From Clostridia bacterium (GTDB lineage: Bacteria > Bacillota > Clostridia > Oscillospirales > CAG-272): 64,000 nt of DNA. A program made the position numbers and the translations under genes. Below, piece by piece: positions 1 to 10,248 of the stretch (positions within the stretch are counted from its first letter, which is position 1; each line of letters opens with the position of its first letter). The DNA lies in the NCBI GenBank assembly GCA_017416205.1, contig JAFQDC010000107.1:11345-75344 (forward strand), given 5' to 3'. The notes below the pieces were generated by a model. It made no database searches, was not told the origin of the DNA, and saw only the letters and a list, made by a program, of their open reading frames with translations.

Positions 1-32
1 AATGATTCAATGATCAAGGAGATCGTAGGATT

Positions 33-866
33 ATGAGTAAGGTAATATATGTTTTACCCAACCCCGATAAGAAAATAGCACTGGAGGACTGTGACAGAAT
101 ATGCAGATTCCTTTGCGGCAATGGATTTGAAAGTGAAGTTGTTCCCGTACCACAGGAAAAAGATGATGTTAGCTTTTTATCAAATGCTGACTATCTTGTC
201 GTACTTGGTGGTGACGGTACCATAATTCAGGTAGCACGTGCAACTGTTGGGTTGAATATACCTATTGTCGGAATTAATTACGGTAACGTTGGGTATATGA
301 CAGCAGTATCAAAGGGAGATATGAATCTTCTTTTGAGTATACTGAACGGTGACCATGTGATTCAGGATCGTATGATGCTTGACGTCGATATAATAAAAGA
401 CGATAAGACGGTACGTGTTCTTGCTTTGGCATTGAATGAGGCAGTAGTTTCAAACGGACCTATTCCTCACCTTGTTGAGTTTGAGTTGTATTGTGACGGT
501 AATCTGTGTCAGCACATCCGGTCTGACGGAATGATCATAGCAACTCCTACAGGTTCAAGTGCATATTCAATGTCTGCAGGCGGACCTATAATGGATCCCA
601 GGCTTTCATGTATATGTGCAACTCCCATATGTCCACACCATCTAAATGCAAGACCTGTAATATTTGGTGGAGATTCAATAATAGAGATCAGAAATGCTCG
701 ATGCAGAAATAATTTTATATATCTTTCGGTAGACGGTAAGGAAGTGTTTGAGATCGGCGACGGTGACATTATCAGAATATCCAGAAGCAAGTATTCGGTT
801 CCCATAGTAACTACGGGAGATCGCAGCTTTATGGAGGTTCTTGATACTAAGCTTTCGTCTCATTGA
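33..866 (+). CDS. nadK: NAD+ kinase
   Basis: 277-aa ORF with the GGDGT motif (VVLGGDGTII) and the ATPTGSSAYSMSAGGP motif typical of NAD kinases. Confidence 0.9.
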   Translation: MSKVIYVLPNPDKKIALEDCDRICRFLCGNGFESEVVPVPQEKDDVSFLSNADYLVVLGGDGTIIQVARATVGLNIPIVGINYGNVGYMTAVSKGDMNLLLSILNGDHVIQDRMMLDVDIIKDDKTVRVLALALNEAVVSNGPIPHLVEFELYCDGNLCQHIRSDGMIIATPTGSSAYSMSAGGPIMDPRLSCICATPICPHHLNARPVIFGGDSIIEIRNARCRNNFIYLSVDGKEVFEIGDGDIIRISRSKYSVPIVTTGDRSFMEVLDTKLSSH

Positions 867-888
867 TTAAATAAAAACAGGAGAAATA

Positions 889-1338
889 ATGAAAAGTAAC
901 AGACAGAGTATTATTCTTGACATAATAGATAAGAACGATATTGAGACTCAGGAAGAGTTGATAGAATTTTTGAAAAACGAGGGCCTTAACGTTACTCAGG
1001 CAACTATTTCAAGGGATATCAGAGAGCTTAAGCTTACAAAGGTTACCGCAGATAACGGCAGATATAAATACGTACGTCCGGGTGCGGATGTGGAAGGGCG
1101 CAGCTATTACAGCACGTCGATATCTGGCTCTGTTATCAGCGTTGACTGCGCAGGCAATCTTGTTATCGTCAAGACGTATCCCGGTATGGCGCAGGCAGTG
1201 GCCGCATGTATGGATTCTCACAGTATCAGCGGCGTTATGGGCTGTGTTGCAGGCGATGATACAATATTTGTAGCCGTAAAAACACCTGAGGGTGCTGTGA
1301 ATGCAGCCAAAGAGATCAGACGCTTTTTCAGCGTTTGA
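889..1338 (+). CDS. argR: arginine repressor
   Basis: 149 aa. N-terminal winged HTH (QATISRDIRELKL) and C-terminal oligomerisation/arginine-binding region (GCVAGDDTIFV). Sits in the conserved nadK-argR-recN order. Confidence 0.9.
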   Translation: MKSNRQSIILDIIDKNDIETQEELIEFLKNEGLNVTQATISRDIRELKLTKVTADNGRYKYVRPGADVEGRSYYSTSISGSVISVDCAGNLVIVKTYPGMAQAVAACMDSHSISGVMGCVAGDDTIFVAVKTPEGAVNAAKEIRRFFSV

Positions 1339-1371
1339 GATAATCAAATAAAGAAAGACAGGTGACAGAAA

Positions 1372-3036
1372 TTGCTGAAAGCACTGTCTATTCAAAATAT
1401 TGCAGTAGCAAAAAATCTGAATATAGATTTTTTTGACGGCTTTTCTGTTTTAACGGGAAAGACCGGTGCGGGTAAATCTGTAATAATCGACAGTATAGCA
1501 CTACTGCTCGGTTCTAAAGGACAGAGGGATCTTATCAGACAAGGAGAAAAGTCCGCCTCGGTTTGCGCAGTTTTTGACGGTGAGCCAGGTGTTTTCCCCT
1601 TTGATGAAAACGGTGAACTTACGATTGAGCGAACTCTTACTCAGGACGGCAGAAGTACAGCCAGGATCAACGGAAAAAGTGTGTCTTTGGCTGTTATGAA
1701 GGAAACTGCGGTAAAGCTGTTATCTTTGCACGGACAAAACGATACTGTGTCGCTTTATGACAGAGGAGAGCATATTATTCTTCTTGATGAATATGCCGAT
1801 ACCGTGCAGGATGTTGAAGTCTATTCAAAAATTTATGCAGATCTTTTAGCAAAGAAGAATGAAATATCCGATCTTGAGAAGTCTCTTGATGACAGATCTA
1901 TGATGACGGATATTCTAAAATATCAGATAGCAGATATTGAAAAAGCGAGAATTACTGATCCTTCAGAGGAAGAAAAGCTTGAGAAGTTGAGAACCAAGAT
2001 AAAGAGTATCGAGTTTGTAATAAAGAATGCAAATCTCGTATACCGCGCTCTTGCCCCGAGTGAAAAGGGTGCATCTTGCGCATATCTTCTTGACAGAGCT
2101 GCAGCTGCTTTAAGACAGCTTTCCGACGTAATGGAAAATGCTGAAGAGCTTGCAATGAAGCTCGAAGAGTATCGAATCGAGATAGTTGATATTGCAGAGC
2201 AGGCAAAGGACGTTATAGACGCCGATGATATAGGTGATCCCGAAAAGCAGCTTGATATCATCGAATCACGACTTGCCACCTTTTCACGCTTGAAAAAGAA
2301 ATATGGCGGAACTCTTGAGGATGTCATCGCTTTCAGAGACGATGCTAAAAGAAAGCTTCGCGATCTTGAGGGCGGAGAGGACAGGATGGAAGAGCTGAGA
2401 GCTGAATATAGGCTCATAGCAAAAAAAGCTCAGGCAGCTGCTGATATAATAAGCGAAAAAAGAAGAGAAGCGGGAAAGCGACTCTCAGAAGAGGTTATGG
2501 AGGCACTTAAAAGCCTTGATATGCCGAAGGTTAGGTTTTTTGTTGATATCAGAAAAACTACCGGAGAGGATAAATTCAATTCCCGCGGAACGGATGAAGT
2601 GGACTTTACCGTTATCACTAACCCCGGAGAAGAAGCACAGCCCCTTCACAAGATTGCTTCAGGTGGTGAGCTTTCACGTATAATGCTTGCGTTGAAGTGT
2701 GCTGAGACAAAAAAGTCACAGCAGTCCACAGTTATTTTTGATGAGATTGATACGGGAGTTTCAGGCGGAACAGCTGAGCGAATCGGAATTAAGCTTGAAT
2801 CCCTTTCTGAAAATATACAGGTAATTTGCGTTACTCATTCGGCACAGGTTTCTGCTCATGCCCATAATCATTATCTTATAGAGAAGAATGAGGTTGGCGG
2901 CAGAATGGAAAGCTCTGTGAGAGTTCTTGACGGCGAGGAGAGAATTTCTGAGCTTGCAAGGATCATCGGAGGCATCAACGTTACCGAAGCACAGTACAGT
3001 GCTGCACGCGAGTTACTAAATAAAGTTTATAATTAA
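1372..3036 (+). CDS. recN: DNA repair protein RecN
   Basis: 554 aa with a TTG start. Walker A GKTGAGKS, a long central coiled coil, the SMC/ABC signature SGGELSRIMLAL and Walker B VIFDEID. Confidence 0.9.
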   Translation: MLKALSIQNIAVAKNLNIDFFDGFSVLTGKTGAGKSVIIDSIALLLGSKGQRDLIRQGEKSASVCAVFDGEPGVFPFDENGELTIERTLTQDGRSTARINGKSVSLAVMKETAVKLLSLHGQNDTVSLYDRGEHIILLDEYADTVQDVEVYSKIYADLLAKKNEISDLEKSLDDRSMMTDILKYQIADIEKARITDPSEEEKLEKLRTKIKSIEFVIKNANLVYRALAPSEKGASCAYLLDRAAAALRQLSDVMENAEELAMKLEEYRIEIVDIAEQAKDVIDADDIGDPEKQLDIIESRLATFSRLKKKYGGTLEDVIAFRDDAKRKLRDLEGGEDRMEELRAEYRLIAKKAQAAADIISEKRREAGKRLSEEVMEALKSLDMPKVRFFVDIRKTTGEDKFNSRGTDEVDFTVITNPGEEAQPLHKIASGGELSRIMLALKCAETKKSQQSTVIFDEIDTGVSGGTAERIGIKLESLSENIQVICVTHSAQVSAHAHNHYLIEKNEVGGRMESSVRVLDGEERISELARIIGGINVTEAQYSAARELLNKVYN

Positions 3037-3081
3037 TCATATATATGTAAAGGAGAACGGCATTAGCCGTAAAAAAAGAAA

Positions 3082-4308
3082 ATGAGCTTGTATCAGGAAT
3101 TTATTGACAGAGGAATGCTTGCGCAGGTCACAAATGAGGAAAAGGTAAAGGACCTGCTTGATAACAAGAATATCACATTCTATATTGGATTTGACCCTAC
3201 AGCTGACAGCCTTCATATCGGTCACTTCATTCAGATGAAGGTTATGGCGCATATGCAGAAGGCAGGCCACAGACCCATCGCGATCTTTGGTGGCGGTACT
3301 GCAATGGTAGGCGACCCCTCCGGTAAGAATGATATGAGAAAGATGCTTACTAAGGAAGAGATCGCTCATAATATTGACAATTTCAAGCTTCAGATGGCAA
3401 AGTTTATCGATACTTCTGACGGTAAAGCAATATTCGTTAATAACGGAGATTGGCTTCTCGATCTGAATTATATCGATTTCCTTCGTGAGGTTGGACCTCA
3501 CTTCACAGTTAACCGTATGCTTGCAGCAGAATGCTACAAGTCCAGAATGGAAAAGGGGCTTACCTTCCTTGAGTTTAACTATATGATTATGCAGTCTTAC
3601 GACTTCTTCCGCCTTAATCAGGATTACGGATGTATTCTCGAAACGGGCGGAGACGACCAGTGGTCCAATATCATCGGTGGTGTTGAGCTTGTACGCCGTA
3701 AGACAGGTAAGGAAGTATACGGACTTACATTTAATCTTCTTCTTACAAGTGAAGGAAAGAAGATGGGTAAGACAGAGAAGGGTGCCCTTTGGCTTGACCC
3801 TGAGAAGACACCTCCTTACGATTTCTTCCAGTACTGGAGAAACATTGACGATGCTGACGTTATTAAGTGCATGAAGATGCTTACATTTATGGATCTTTCC
3901 GAGATCGCTGAATATGAGAAGCTTGAGGGCGCAGAGCTCAATCGTGCAAAGGAGCGTCTCGCTTGGGAGGTTACTAATATTATTCACGGCAAGGAAGAGG
4001 CTGATAAGGCGCTTGAGGCTGCAAAGGCAGTATTTGCCTCCGGCGGTGTATCTGCAGATATGCCTACTACCACACTTACAGCAGAGGACTTTACAGACGG
4101 AAAGATACTTGTTTCCGATATGCTTGTTAAGTCAAAGCTTGCTCCCTCCAAGGGTGAGGCTAAGCGTATCATCACAGGCGGCGGTGTATTTGTTGGCGAC
4201 GTTAAGGCAGAAGGCTTTAACGCATTTGTAAATGAATCCGATATCGGTGATGACGGTATAATTGTTAAGAAGGGTAAAAAGACCTTCCACAGATTTATTA
4301 AAGGCTGA
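3082..4308 (+). CDS. tyrS: tyrosine--tRNA ligase
   Basis: 408 aa. Class I HIGH motif (SLHIGHF), KMSKS-type motif (KMGKT) and a C-terminal S4-like domain. Confidence 0.95.
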   Translation: MSLYQEFIDRGMLAQVTNEEKVKDLLDNKNITFYIGFDPTADSLHIGHFIQMKVMAHMQKAGHRPIAIFGGGTAMVGDPSGKNDMRKMLTKEEIAHNIDNFKLQMAKFIDTSDGKAIFVNNGDWLLDLNYIDFLREVGPHFTVNRMLAAECYKSRMEKGLTFLEFNYMIMQSYDFFRLNQDYGCILETGGDDQWSNIIGGVELVRRKTGKEVYGLTFNLLLTSEGKKMGKTEKGALWLDPEKTPPYDFFQYWRNIDDADVIKCMKMLTFMDLSEIAEYEKLEGAELNRAKERLAWEVTNIIHGKEEADKALEAAKAVFASGGVSADMPTTTLTAEDFTDGKILVSDMLVKSKLAPSKGEAKRIITGGGVFVGDVKAEGFNAFVNESDIGDDGIIVKKGKKTFHRFIKG

Positions 4309-4979
4309 TGTATAAGTATTTGCTGTTTGATGCAGATAACACTTTGCTCGACTTTGACCTTGCGGAGGCACAGGCTCTGAAGGAGACCTTGAGCTTGTGC
4401 CCTCTGGGGTTTAACGATGAGATCCATAAAAGGTATCACGTAATTAACGACCTTGAATGGAAAAAGCTTGAGCGCGGTGAAACAACGCGCGAGAAGCTTC
4501 GTATCGACAGATTTGCAAATCTTTATAACGAATTTGGAATGGACGGAGAGCGGTACGGTTCATCTACTGCCGATATTTATACAGAAAGGCTTTCCAAGCA
4601 AGGACAGCTTATTGATGGAGCAGAGGAAGTACTCCGAACTCTTTCAAAAAAGTACAGATGCTTTATCGTAACTAACGGTATAACTGAGGTACAGCGTTCG
4701 AGAATGGATAAGACTCCGCTTCTTCAGTTTATTGAGCATTCCTTTATTTCTCAGGAAATGGGATGTGCAAAGCCTTCTCGGGTGTTCTTTGATAAGGTAA
4801 TGGAGCATATAGGAGATGATGATATTTCTGCATATCTTATTATAGGAGATTCATTGACTTCTGATATAAAGGGTGCTTACGATATAGGAATGGACTCTGT
4901 GTGGTACAGTAACGGTAAAAGCGATATGCCTACCTATTGTATTGAAAATCTCTTTGAGCTTTATGATATACTCTTATAA
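4308..4979 (+). CDS. HAD-superfamily hydrolase (YjjG/YfnB-like nucleotidase subfamily)
   Basis: 223 aa. HAD motif I at the N-terminus (LLFDADNTLLDF) and a late GDS..SDI motif. Its start overlaps the tyrS stop (TGATG). Confidence 0.7.
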   Translation: MYKYLLFDADNTLLDFDLAEAQALKETLSLCPLGFNDEIHKRYHVINDLEWKKLERGETTREKLRIDRFANLYNEFGMDGERYGSSTADIYTERLSKQGQLIDGAEEVLRTLSKKYRCFIVTNGITEVQRSRMDKTPLLQFIEHSFISQEMGCAKPSRVFFDKVMEHIGDDDISAYLIIGDSLTSDIKGAYDIGMDSVWYSNGKSDMPTYCIENLFELYDILL

Positions 4980-4999
4980 ATTCAGAAAGGTAATGTGCT

Positions 5000-5902
5000 A
5001 TGTATAAGGATATTATTGAATTTCTCTGCGATGCAGAGGTTCCATATATTAAAAATGAGCTTTTAACGCGACATACTACCTTTCGTATTGGTGGAGCAGC
5101 AGATCTGTTTATAACTCCAAAGGATGCAGACAGCTTAAAGGATGTATATGATCTTTGCAAGCGTTCTGGACATAAGGTATATGTTCTCGGAAGAGGAAGT
5201 AACGTTGTGTTCAGTGATGATGGATACAAAGGTATCGTTATTTCAACGGAGAATCTTTCATCTGTCAGAATAGAGGGAAATACTCTTTATGCAGAATGCG
5301 GTGCTTCTTTCACACAGATTGCAGTTGCGGCGCGTGATGCTTCTCTTGCAGGGCTTGAATTTGCATATGGTATTCCCGGCTCGGTTGGCGGCGCTGTATT
5401 CATGAATGCGGGAGCATACGGAGGTCAGGTCTCCGATTGTCTTTCCCAGAGCACTGCTTTTGATCCTGTTGAGAATAAAGTTGTTCTCACATATGGAGAT
5501 GATCACGAGTTCGGCTACAGAACAAGCATTTATAAAAAGAATCCCGAAAGGATCATTCTTTCCGCCGAGTTTGAATTAAAGCCTGGAGATTTTGATTCAA
5601 TTAAAGCAACTATGGATGATTTTATGGGACGCAGACGCTCAAAACAGCCTCTTGAATATCCCTCAGCAGGAAGCGTTTTCAAGCGCCCTGAGGGTCATTT
5701 TGTAGGCCAGATGGTTGAAGAGCTTGGCCTTAAGGGGTATTCTGTGGGTGGTGCTCAGGTCTCTGAAAAACATGCAGGCTTTATAATCAATAAAGGTGGT
5801 GCAACAGCGTCAAACGTTGCTGAACTCATAGGTATAATAAAGGAAAAAGTCAATAAAGCTTATAATGTTGAGCTTGAATGTGAAGTGATTTTTGTACAAT
5901 GA
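5000..5902 (+). CDS. murB: UDP-N-acetylenolpyruvoylglucosamine reductase
   Basis: 300 aa. FAD-binding N-terminal region (TFRIGGAADLF, GRGSNV) and a typical MurB C-terminus (PSAGSVFKRP...GGAQVSEKHAGFIIN). Confidence 0.9.
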   Translation: MYKDIIEFLCDAEVPYIKNELLTRHTTFRIGGAADLFITPKDADSLKDVYDLCKRSGHKVYVLGRGSNVVFSDDGYKGIVISTENLSSVRIEGNTLYAECGASFTQIAVAARDASLAGLEFAYGIPGSVGGAVFMNAGAYGGQVSDCLSQSTAFDPVENKVVLTYGDDHEFGYRTSIYKKNPERIILSAEFELKPGDFDSIKATMDDFMGRRRSKQPLEYPSAGSVFKRPEGHFVGQMVEELGLKGYSVGGAQVSEKHAGFIINKGGATASNVAELIGIIKEKVNKAYNVELECEVIFVQ

Positions 5903-6636
5903 GTGAGTCATATTCAAAAAATGCAAAAAGTGTTTTGCTGGAAAGCGTGGAAAAGCATAAGAAATGCTGCAGCCGTATCTACAATGATATACTTTCACTT
6001 GCATCAATAAAAGATATTGATGCAAGGCTTGATCTGCTTGAGCGGTCGTTTCGTTTTTTGAAGTGCGGTTCTTGCTTCGGTGTTTTGCTTAGAGCATTAT
6101 TTATAATTTCCGGAAATGTTACCGATCCTGCGAAATCATATCACCTTGAACTTTCCTTTGAAAGCGAAGCGGAAAGAAATTTTTGTAGAGATAAGCTTTC
6201 CGAAAACGGGATAGATATGAAGGAAACCAAAAGAAAAAACAGATATCTCCTGTACGTAAAGGACAGTACGCAAATAGAGGATTTCTTTGCAGTTATGGGA
6301 GCTAATACTCTTGCCTTTGATCTTATGAATTCAAAGATACTCAGAGAGGTAAGAGGAGATGCAAACAGACAAATGAACTGTGATATGGCAAATATCAAAA
6401 AGACGTTGTCTGCTGCAGGGAAGCATATAGAGATAATTGCCGAAATGAAAGAGAAAGGTACTTTTATCAGGTTACCTGCAGATCTCAGAGAAACGGCAGA
6501 AATACGTTTTGCAAACGATCAGGCATCGATGGCGGAGCTTGGCCGATATCATAATCCGCCAATTTCCAAGTCCGGCGTAAAGCATAGGCTGGACAAGCTC
6601 GTTGATTTTTACGAGGACATTAAAAATAAAGAATAA
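5899..6636 (+). CDS. whiA: DNA-binding protein WhiA (short form)
   Basis: 245 aa. Degenerate LAGLIDADG-like core (RALFIISGNVTDP...YHLEL) and a C-terminal HTH (SMAELG....PISKSGVKHRLDKL). Start overlaps the murB stop (ATGA). Confidence 0.7.
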   Translation: MSESYSKNAKSVLLESVEKHKKCCSRIYNDILSLASIKDIDARLDLLERSFRFLKCGSCFGVLLRALFIISGNVTDPAKSYHLELSFESEAERNFCRDKLSENGIDMKETKRKNRYLLYVKDSTQIEDFFAVMGANTLAFDLMNSKILREVRGDANRQMNCDMANIKKTLSAAGKHIEIIAEMKEKGTFIRLPADLRETAEIRFANDQASMAELGRYHNPPISKSGVKHRLDKLVDFYEDIKNKE

Positions 6637-6654
6637 AGAGAAAGGGGTGCGGCA

Positions 6655-9600
6655 GTGTCCGATTTTGTACATCTTCATTTGCATAGCGAATATAGCTTGC
6701 TTGACGGCGCGTGCCGCATTTCCGATATACCTAAAGCTTGTAAAGCAGCAGGACATACTGCCTGTGCAATAACAGATCATGGCGTAATGTATGGTGCAGT
6801 TGCTTTTTATAAGGCATGTAAAAAAGAAGGCATAAAACCTATTATTGGCTGTGAGGTATACGTTGCAAACGGATCACGCTTTACAAAAGAGAATAATACA
6901 AGATACGGTCATTCGAGCCACCTTGTTCTTTTGTGTAAAAACGAGGTAGGCTACAAGAATCTCATTTATATGGTATCGGAAGGATTTATCAGCGGCTTTT
7001 ATTCAAAGCCAAGAATCGATATGGATCTTCTCAGGGAGCATAGTGAGGGCCTTGTGGCGCTTTCTGCATGTCTCGGAGGATATATTCCTAAGCTGATATG
7101 TGCCGGTGACTATGACGGAGCAAATGATTATGCCCGTGAAATGAAGTCAATCTTCGGTGATGATTTTTATCTTGAGATACAGGATCATGGCATTGCTGAT
7201 CAGCAAACTGTAAATGAAGCTCTTTTGAAAATGTCAGAGGAGCTTGAGATTCCTCTCGTTGCAACGAATGACGTACACTATCTGAATAGAGAGGACAGTG
7301 AGGCCCAGGCTGTTCTTATGTGTATTCAGACAGGGAACGTAATAACAGACGGCAGACCTATCGGATTTGAAACTGATGAGTTTTATTATAAATCCACAAA
7401 GGAAATGGAAGAGCTGTTTTCAAAATATCCCGAAGCCATTGAAAATACGACAAGAATTGCAGAAAAATGCAGCTTTGACTTTGAATTTGGGCACATATAT
7501 CTGCCTTCTTATAATTGTCCTGATAATTTGACTCCCGAGGAATACCTTGAGAGCATAACCTATAATGGATTCGAAAAGCGTATAGCTGATGGATTTATAA
7601 CATTTTCAAAGAATAAAAGGGAAGAGTATATAAAAAGAATTGATTATGAGCTTTCTGTGATAGCAAAGATGGGTTATAGTCAGTACTTTTTGATAGTATG
7701 GGATTTTGTTCATTATTCAAAATCTCAAAAAATTCCAGTAGGTCCCGGAAGAGGTAGCGGCGCAGGAAGCCTTGTGGCATACCTTATCGGTATTACCGAT
7801 ATTGACCCTATGGAGTTTGATCTTCTCTTTGAGAGATTTCTTAATCCCGAACGAGTCAGTATGCCTGACTTTGACATTGATTTTTGCTATGACAGGCGTG
7901 ATGAGGCCATTGATTACGTACGCGAAAAGTACGGAGAGGATCATACGGCACAGATCATCACCTTTGGAACGATGGCTGCAAGGGCTGTCGTCCGTGACGT
8001 CGGACGAGCACTTGGAATGCCGTACAGTGACGTTGATAACGTAGCAAAGCTTATTCCGAGAGAATTGAATATTACACTTGATGAAGCGTTAAAGACCAAA
8101 GAGCTTCACGAGATGTATATTTCTTCACATGAAACAAGAAAACTGATCGATCTCAGCCGTTCACTTGAGGGTATGCCTCGTCATGCGTCAACTCACGCAG
8201 CCGGTGTTGTCATAACCGAAAGATGTCTTACAGATCATGTTCCCCTTGCAAAAAACAACGGTATTACTGTAACCCAGTTTGATATGAATACCGTTGCAGA
8301 GCTTGGACTTTTAAAGTTTGATTTCCTTGCGCTGAGATATTTAACTATAATAGATGCTGCTGAAAAGCAGATCAAGGAAGCTGTTCCTGATTTTTCGATA
8401 GCTACAGTACCGTTTGATGATAAGGCGACCTATAATCTTATATCAAGAGGAGCAACAGACGGAGTTTTCCAGCTTGAATCTGCAGGTATGAAGCAGATGC
8501 TTACCCAGCTGAGACCCGACAGGCTTGAGGATATTATTGCAGCTATAGCGCTTTACAGACCGGGTCCTATGAGCTCAATACCTAAATATATTGAGGCACG
8601 TCACGGCGGTAAAAGAGAAAAGTATCCCTCACCCCTGCTCGAAGCAATACTTGAACCGACGTACGGTTGCATTGTATATCAGGAGCAGGTAATGCAGATA
8701 TTCCGTGATATCGCTGGCTATTCGTTGGGACATGCAGATATAGTCAGAAGGGCTATTTCAAAAAAGCATGCAGATGAATTGATGCGTGAGCGAGATGCAT
8801 TTATTGACGGTGCTTCTGAAAGAGGACTTACGATTGATGAAGCGCAGAAGCTGTTTGATGATATTGCAGATTTTGCAAATTACGCATTTAATAAGAGCCA
8901 CGCCGCGGCGTATGCGGTTACCTCATACAGAACAGCATATCTTAAAGCTCATTATGATCTTGAATACAATTGCGCTCTTATTACTTCAGTACTCGGCAGT
9001 CCCGATAAGATTTCTGAGTATCTTGCCGAATGTAAAAAGCGCGGTATAAAAGTGCTTTGTCCCGATGTTAATAAAAGTAAAGCGGATTTCAGAGCAGAAA
9101 ACGGTGCTATCAGATTCGGTCTTGCGGCTCTGAAGAATATCGGTGTGTCATTTATCGATCAGATGGTGCACGAAAGAGAACTTAACGGCAATTTTTCTGA
9201 CTTTGACGATTTTGTTTCCCGTATGAAAAAACAGGGAATGAATAAACGTCAGCTTGAGGCACTGATCAAATCTGGTGCCCTTGACAGCTTCGGTATCAAA
9301 AGAAGTCAGATGCTGGCGGTTTACGAATCTATAATGGAAAGCTCCTCTTCATCACAGCTTGAGGGTCAGCTTGACTTTTTCTCGGTAGTATCCGAAGAAG
9401 AGTTAAAGGTGCCAAAAACAGAGTTTCCCGATATAGTTGAGTTTTCCAATGCAGATAAGCTCAGAATGGAAAAGGAAGTCAGCGGAATGTTTTTGTCGGG
9501 ACATCCTCTTGACGATTATAGCGAGAACGTTGAGTATATTTCTCCGGATAAAATATCTGAGATAATCGGCTCTTTTCAGGAAGATAACGAAAGCTTTGGG

Positions 9601-10167
9601 AAATTCAGAGATAATCAGATTGTTTGTATTTGTGCGACAGTTTCGTCAAGAACAAATAAAACGACAAAGAACGATGAAACAATGGCTTTCGTCACTGTTG
9701 AGGATTCAACCGCATCTATGGAGATCATAGTATTTCCAAAGCTGTTTTCCGAGTTTTCTCATTTATTTATTAAAGACAATCCTGTTGCACTTATCGGAAG
9801 ACTATCCGTAAAGGATGACGATGAGCCGAAGCTTTTGCTTTCCGATGCTTGTTCTCTTGAAGTAAATGGTATGACACCAATGATGCCGCGCTCAAGAGCA
9901 AAGCAAAAAGATAGTTCAAAGAAAACCGCTGTGACAACTGATCCGAAAAAGCTGAAGCTTTATCTGAGAGTGCCTTCGCTGGATTCTCCTGAATTTAGGC
10001 GTGTCAGTGCATTTCTTTCAATTTTTAACGGAACAGTTCCAGTTGTTATATATGATGCAAGAACCGCTAAAGCATCTGCTCTGAAGGGGGCAGGTGCCCT
10101 CGTTACTGAGTTTACTGTAAAGGAATTACAGGAGATTCTTGGTGAGGAATCGGTAATCATAAAATAG
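6655..10167 (+). CDS. dnaE: DNA polymerase III alpha subunit (DnaE type)
   Basis: 1170 aa with a GTG start after AAAGGGGTG. N-terminal PHP domain (FVHLHLHSEYSLLDG), polymerase core (GPGRGSGAGSLVAYLIGITDIDP) and C-terminal OB fold. Confidence 0.95.
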   Translation: MSDFVHLHLHSEYSLLDGACRISDIPKACKAAGHTACAITDHGVMYGAVAFYKACKKEGIKPIIGCEVYVANGSRFTKENNTRYGHSSHLVLLCKNEVGYKNLIYMVSEGFISGFYSKPRIDMDLLREHSEGLVALSACLGGYIPKLICAGDYDGANDYAREMKSIFGDDFYLEIQDHGIADQQTVNEALLKMSEELEIPLVATNDVHYLNREDSEAQAVLMCIQTGNVITDGRPIGFETDEFYYKSTKEMEELFSKYPEAIENTTRIAEKCSFDFEFGHIYLPSYNCPDNLTPEEYLESITYNGFEKRIADGFITFSKNKREEYIKRIDYELSVIAKMGYSQYFLIVWDFVHYSKSQKIPVGPGRGSGAGSLVAYLIGITDIDPMEFDLLFERFLNPERVSMPDFDIDFCYDRRDEAIDYVREKYGEDHTAQIITFGTMAARAVVRDVGRALGMPYSDVDNVAKLIPRELNITLDEALKTKELHEMYISSHETRKLIDLSRSLEGMPRHASTHAAGVVITERCLTDHVPLAKNNGITVTQFDMNTVAELGLLKFDFLALRYLTIIDAAEKQIKEAVPDFSIATVPFDDKATYNLISRGATDGVFQLESAGMKQMLTQLRPDRLEDIIAAIALYRPGPMSSIPKYIEARHGGKREKYPSPLLEAILEPTYGCIVYQEQVMQIFRDIAGYSLGHADIVRRAISKKHADELMRERDAFIDGASERGLTIDEAQKLFDDIADFANYAFNKSHAAAYAVTSYRTAYLKAHYDLEYNCALITSVLGSPDKISEYLAECKKRGIKVLCPDVNKSKADFRAENGAIRFGLAALKNIGVSFIDQMVHERELNGNFSDFDDFVSRMKKQGMNKRQLEALIKSGALDSFGIKRSQMLAVYESIMESSSSSQLEGQLDFFSVVSEEELKVPKTEFPDIVEFSNADKLRMEKEVSGMFLSGHPLDDYSENVEYISPDKISEIIGSFQEDNESFGKFRDNQIVCICATVSSRTNKTTKNDETMAFVTVEDSTASMEIIVFPKLFSEFSHLFIKDNPVALIGRLSVKDDDEPKLLLSDACSLEVNGMTPMMPRSRAKQKDSSKKTAVTTDPKKLKLYLRVPSLDSPEFRRVSAFLSIFNGTVPVVIYDARTAKASALKGAGALVTEFTVKELQEILGEESVIIK

Positions 10168-10248
10168 AATTTGTAAACTTTTCCTCTCTTAATGATGGGT
10201 TCATAATTGAGGGGTACAATCAAAGTAGTACACATGATGGAGGTAATT

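Noticed and set aside
3037-3987. 316-aa minus-strand ORF overlapping tyrS.
   Set aside because: It is the antisense shadow of a confidently identified gene. Its composition is low-complexity and Leu/Cys/Lys-rich. It has no RBS and no recognisable motif.
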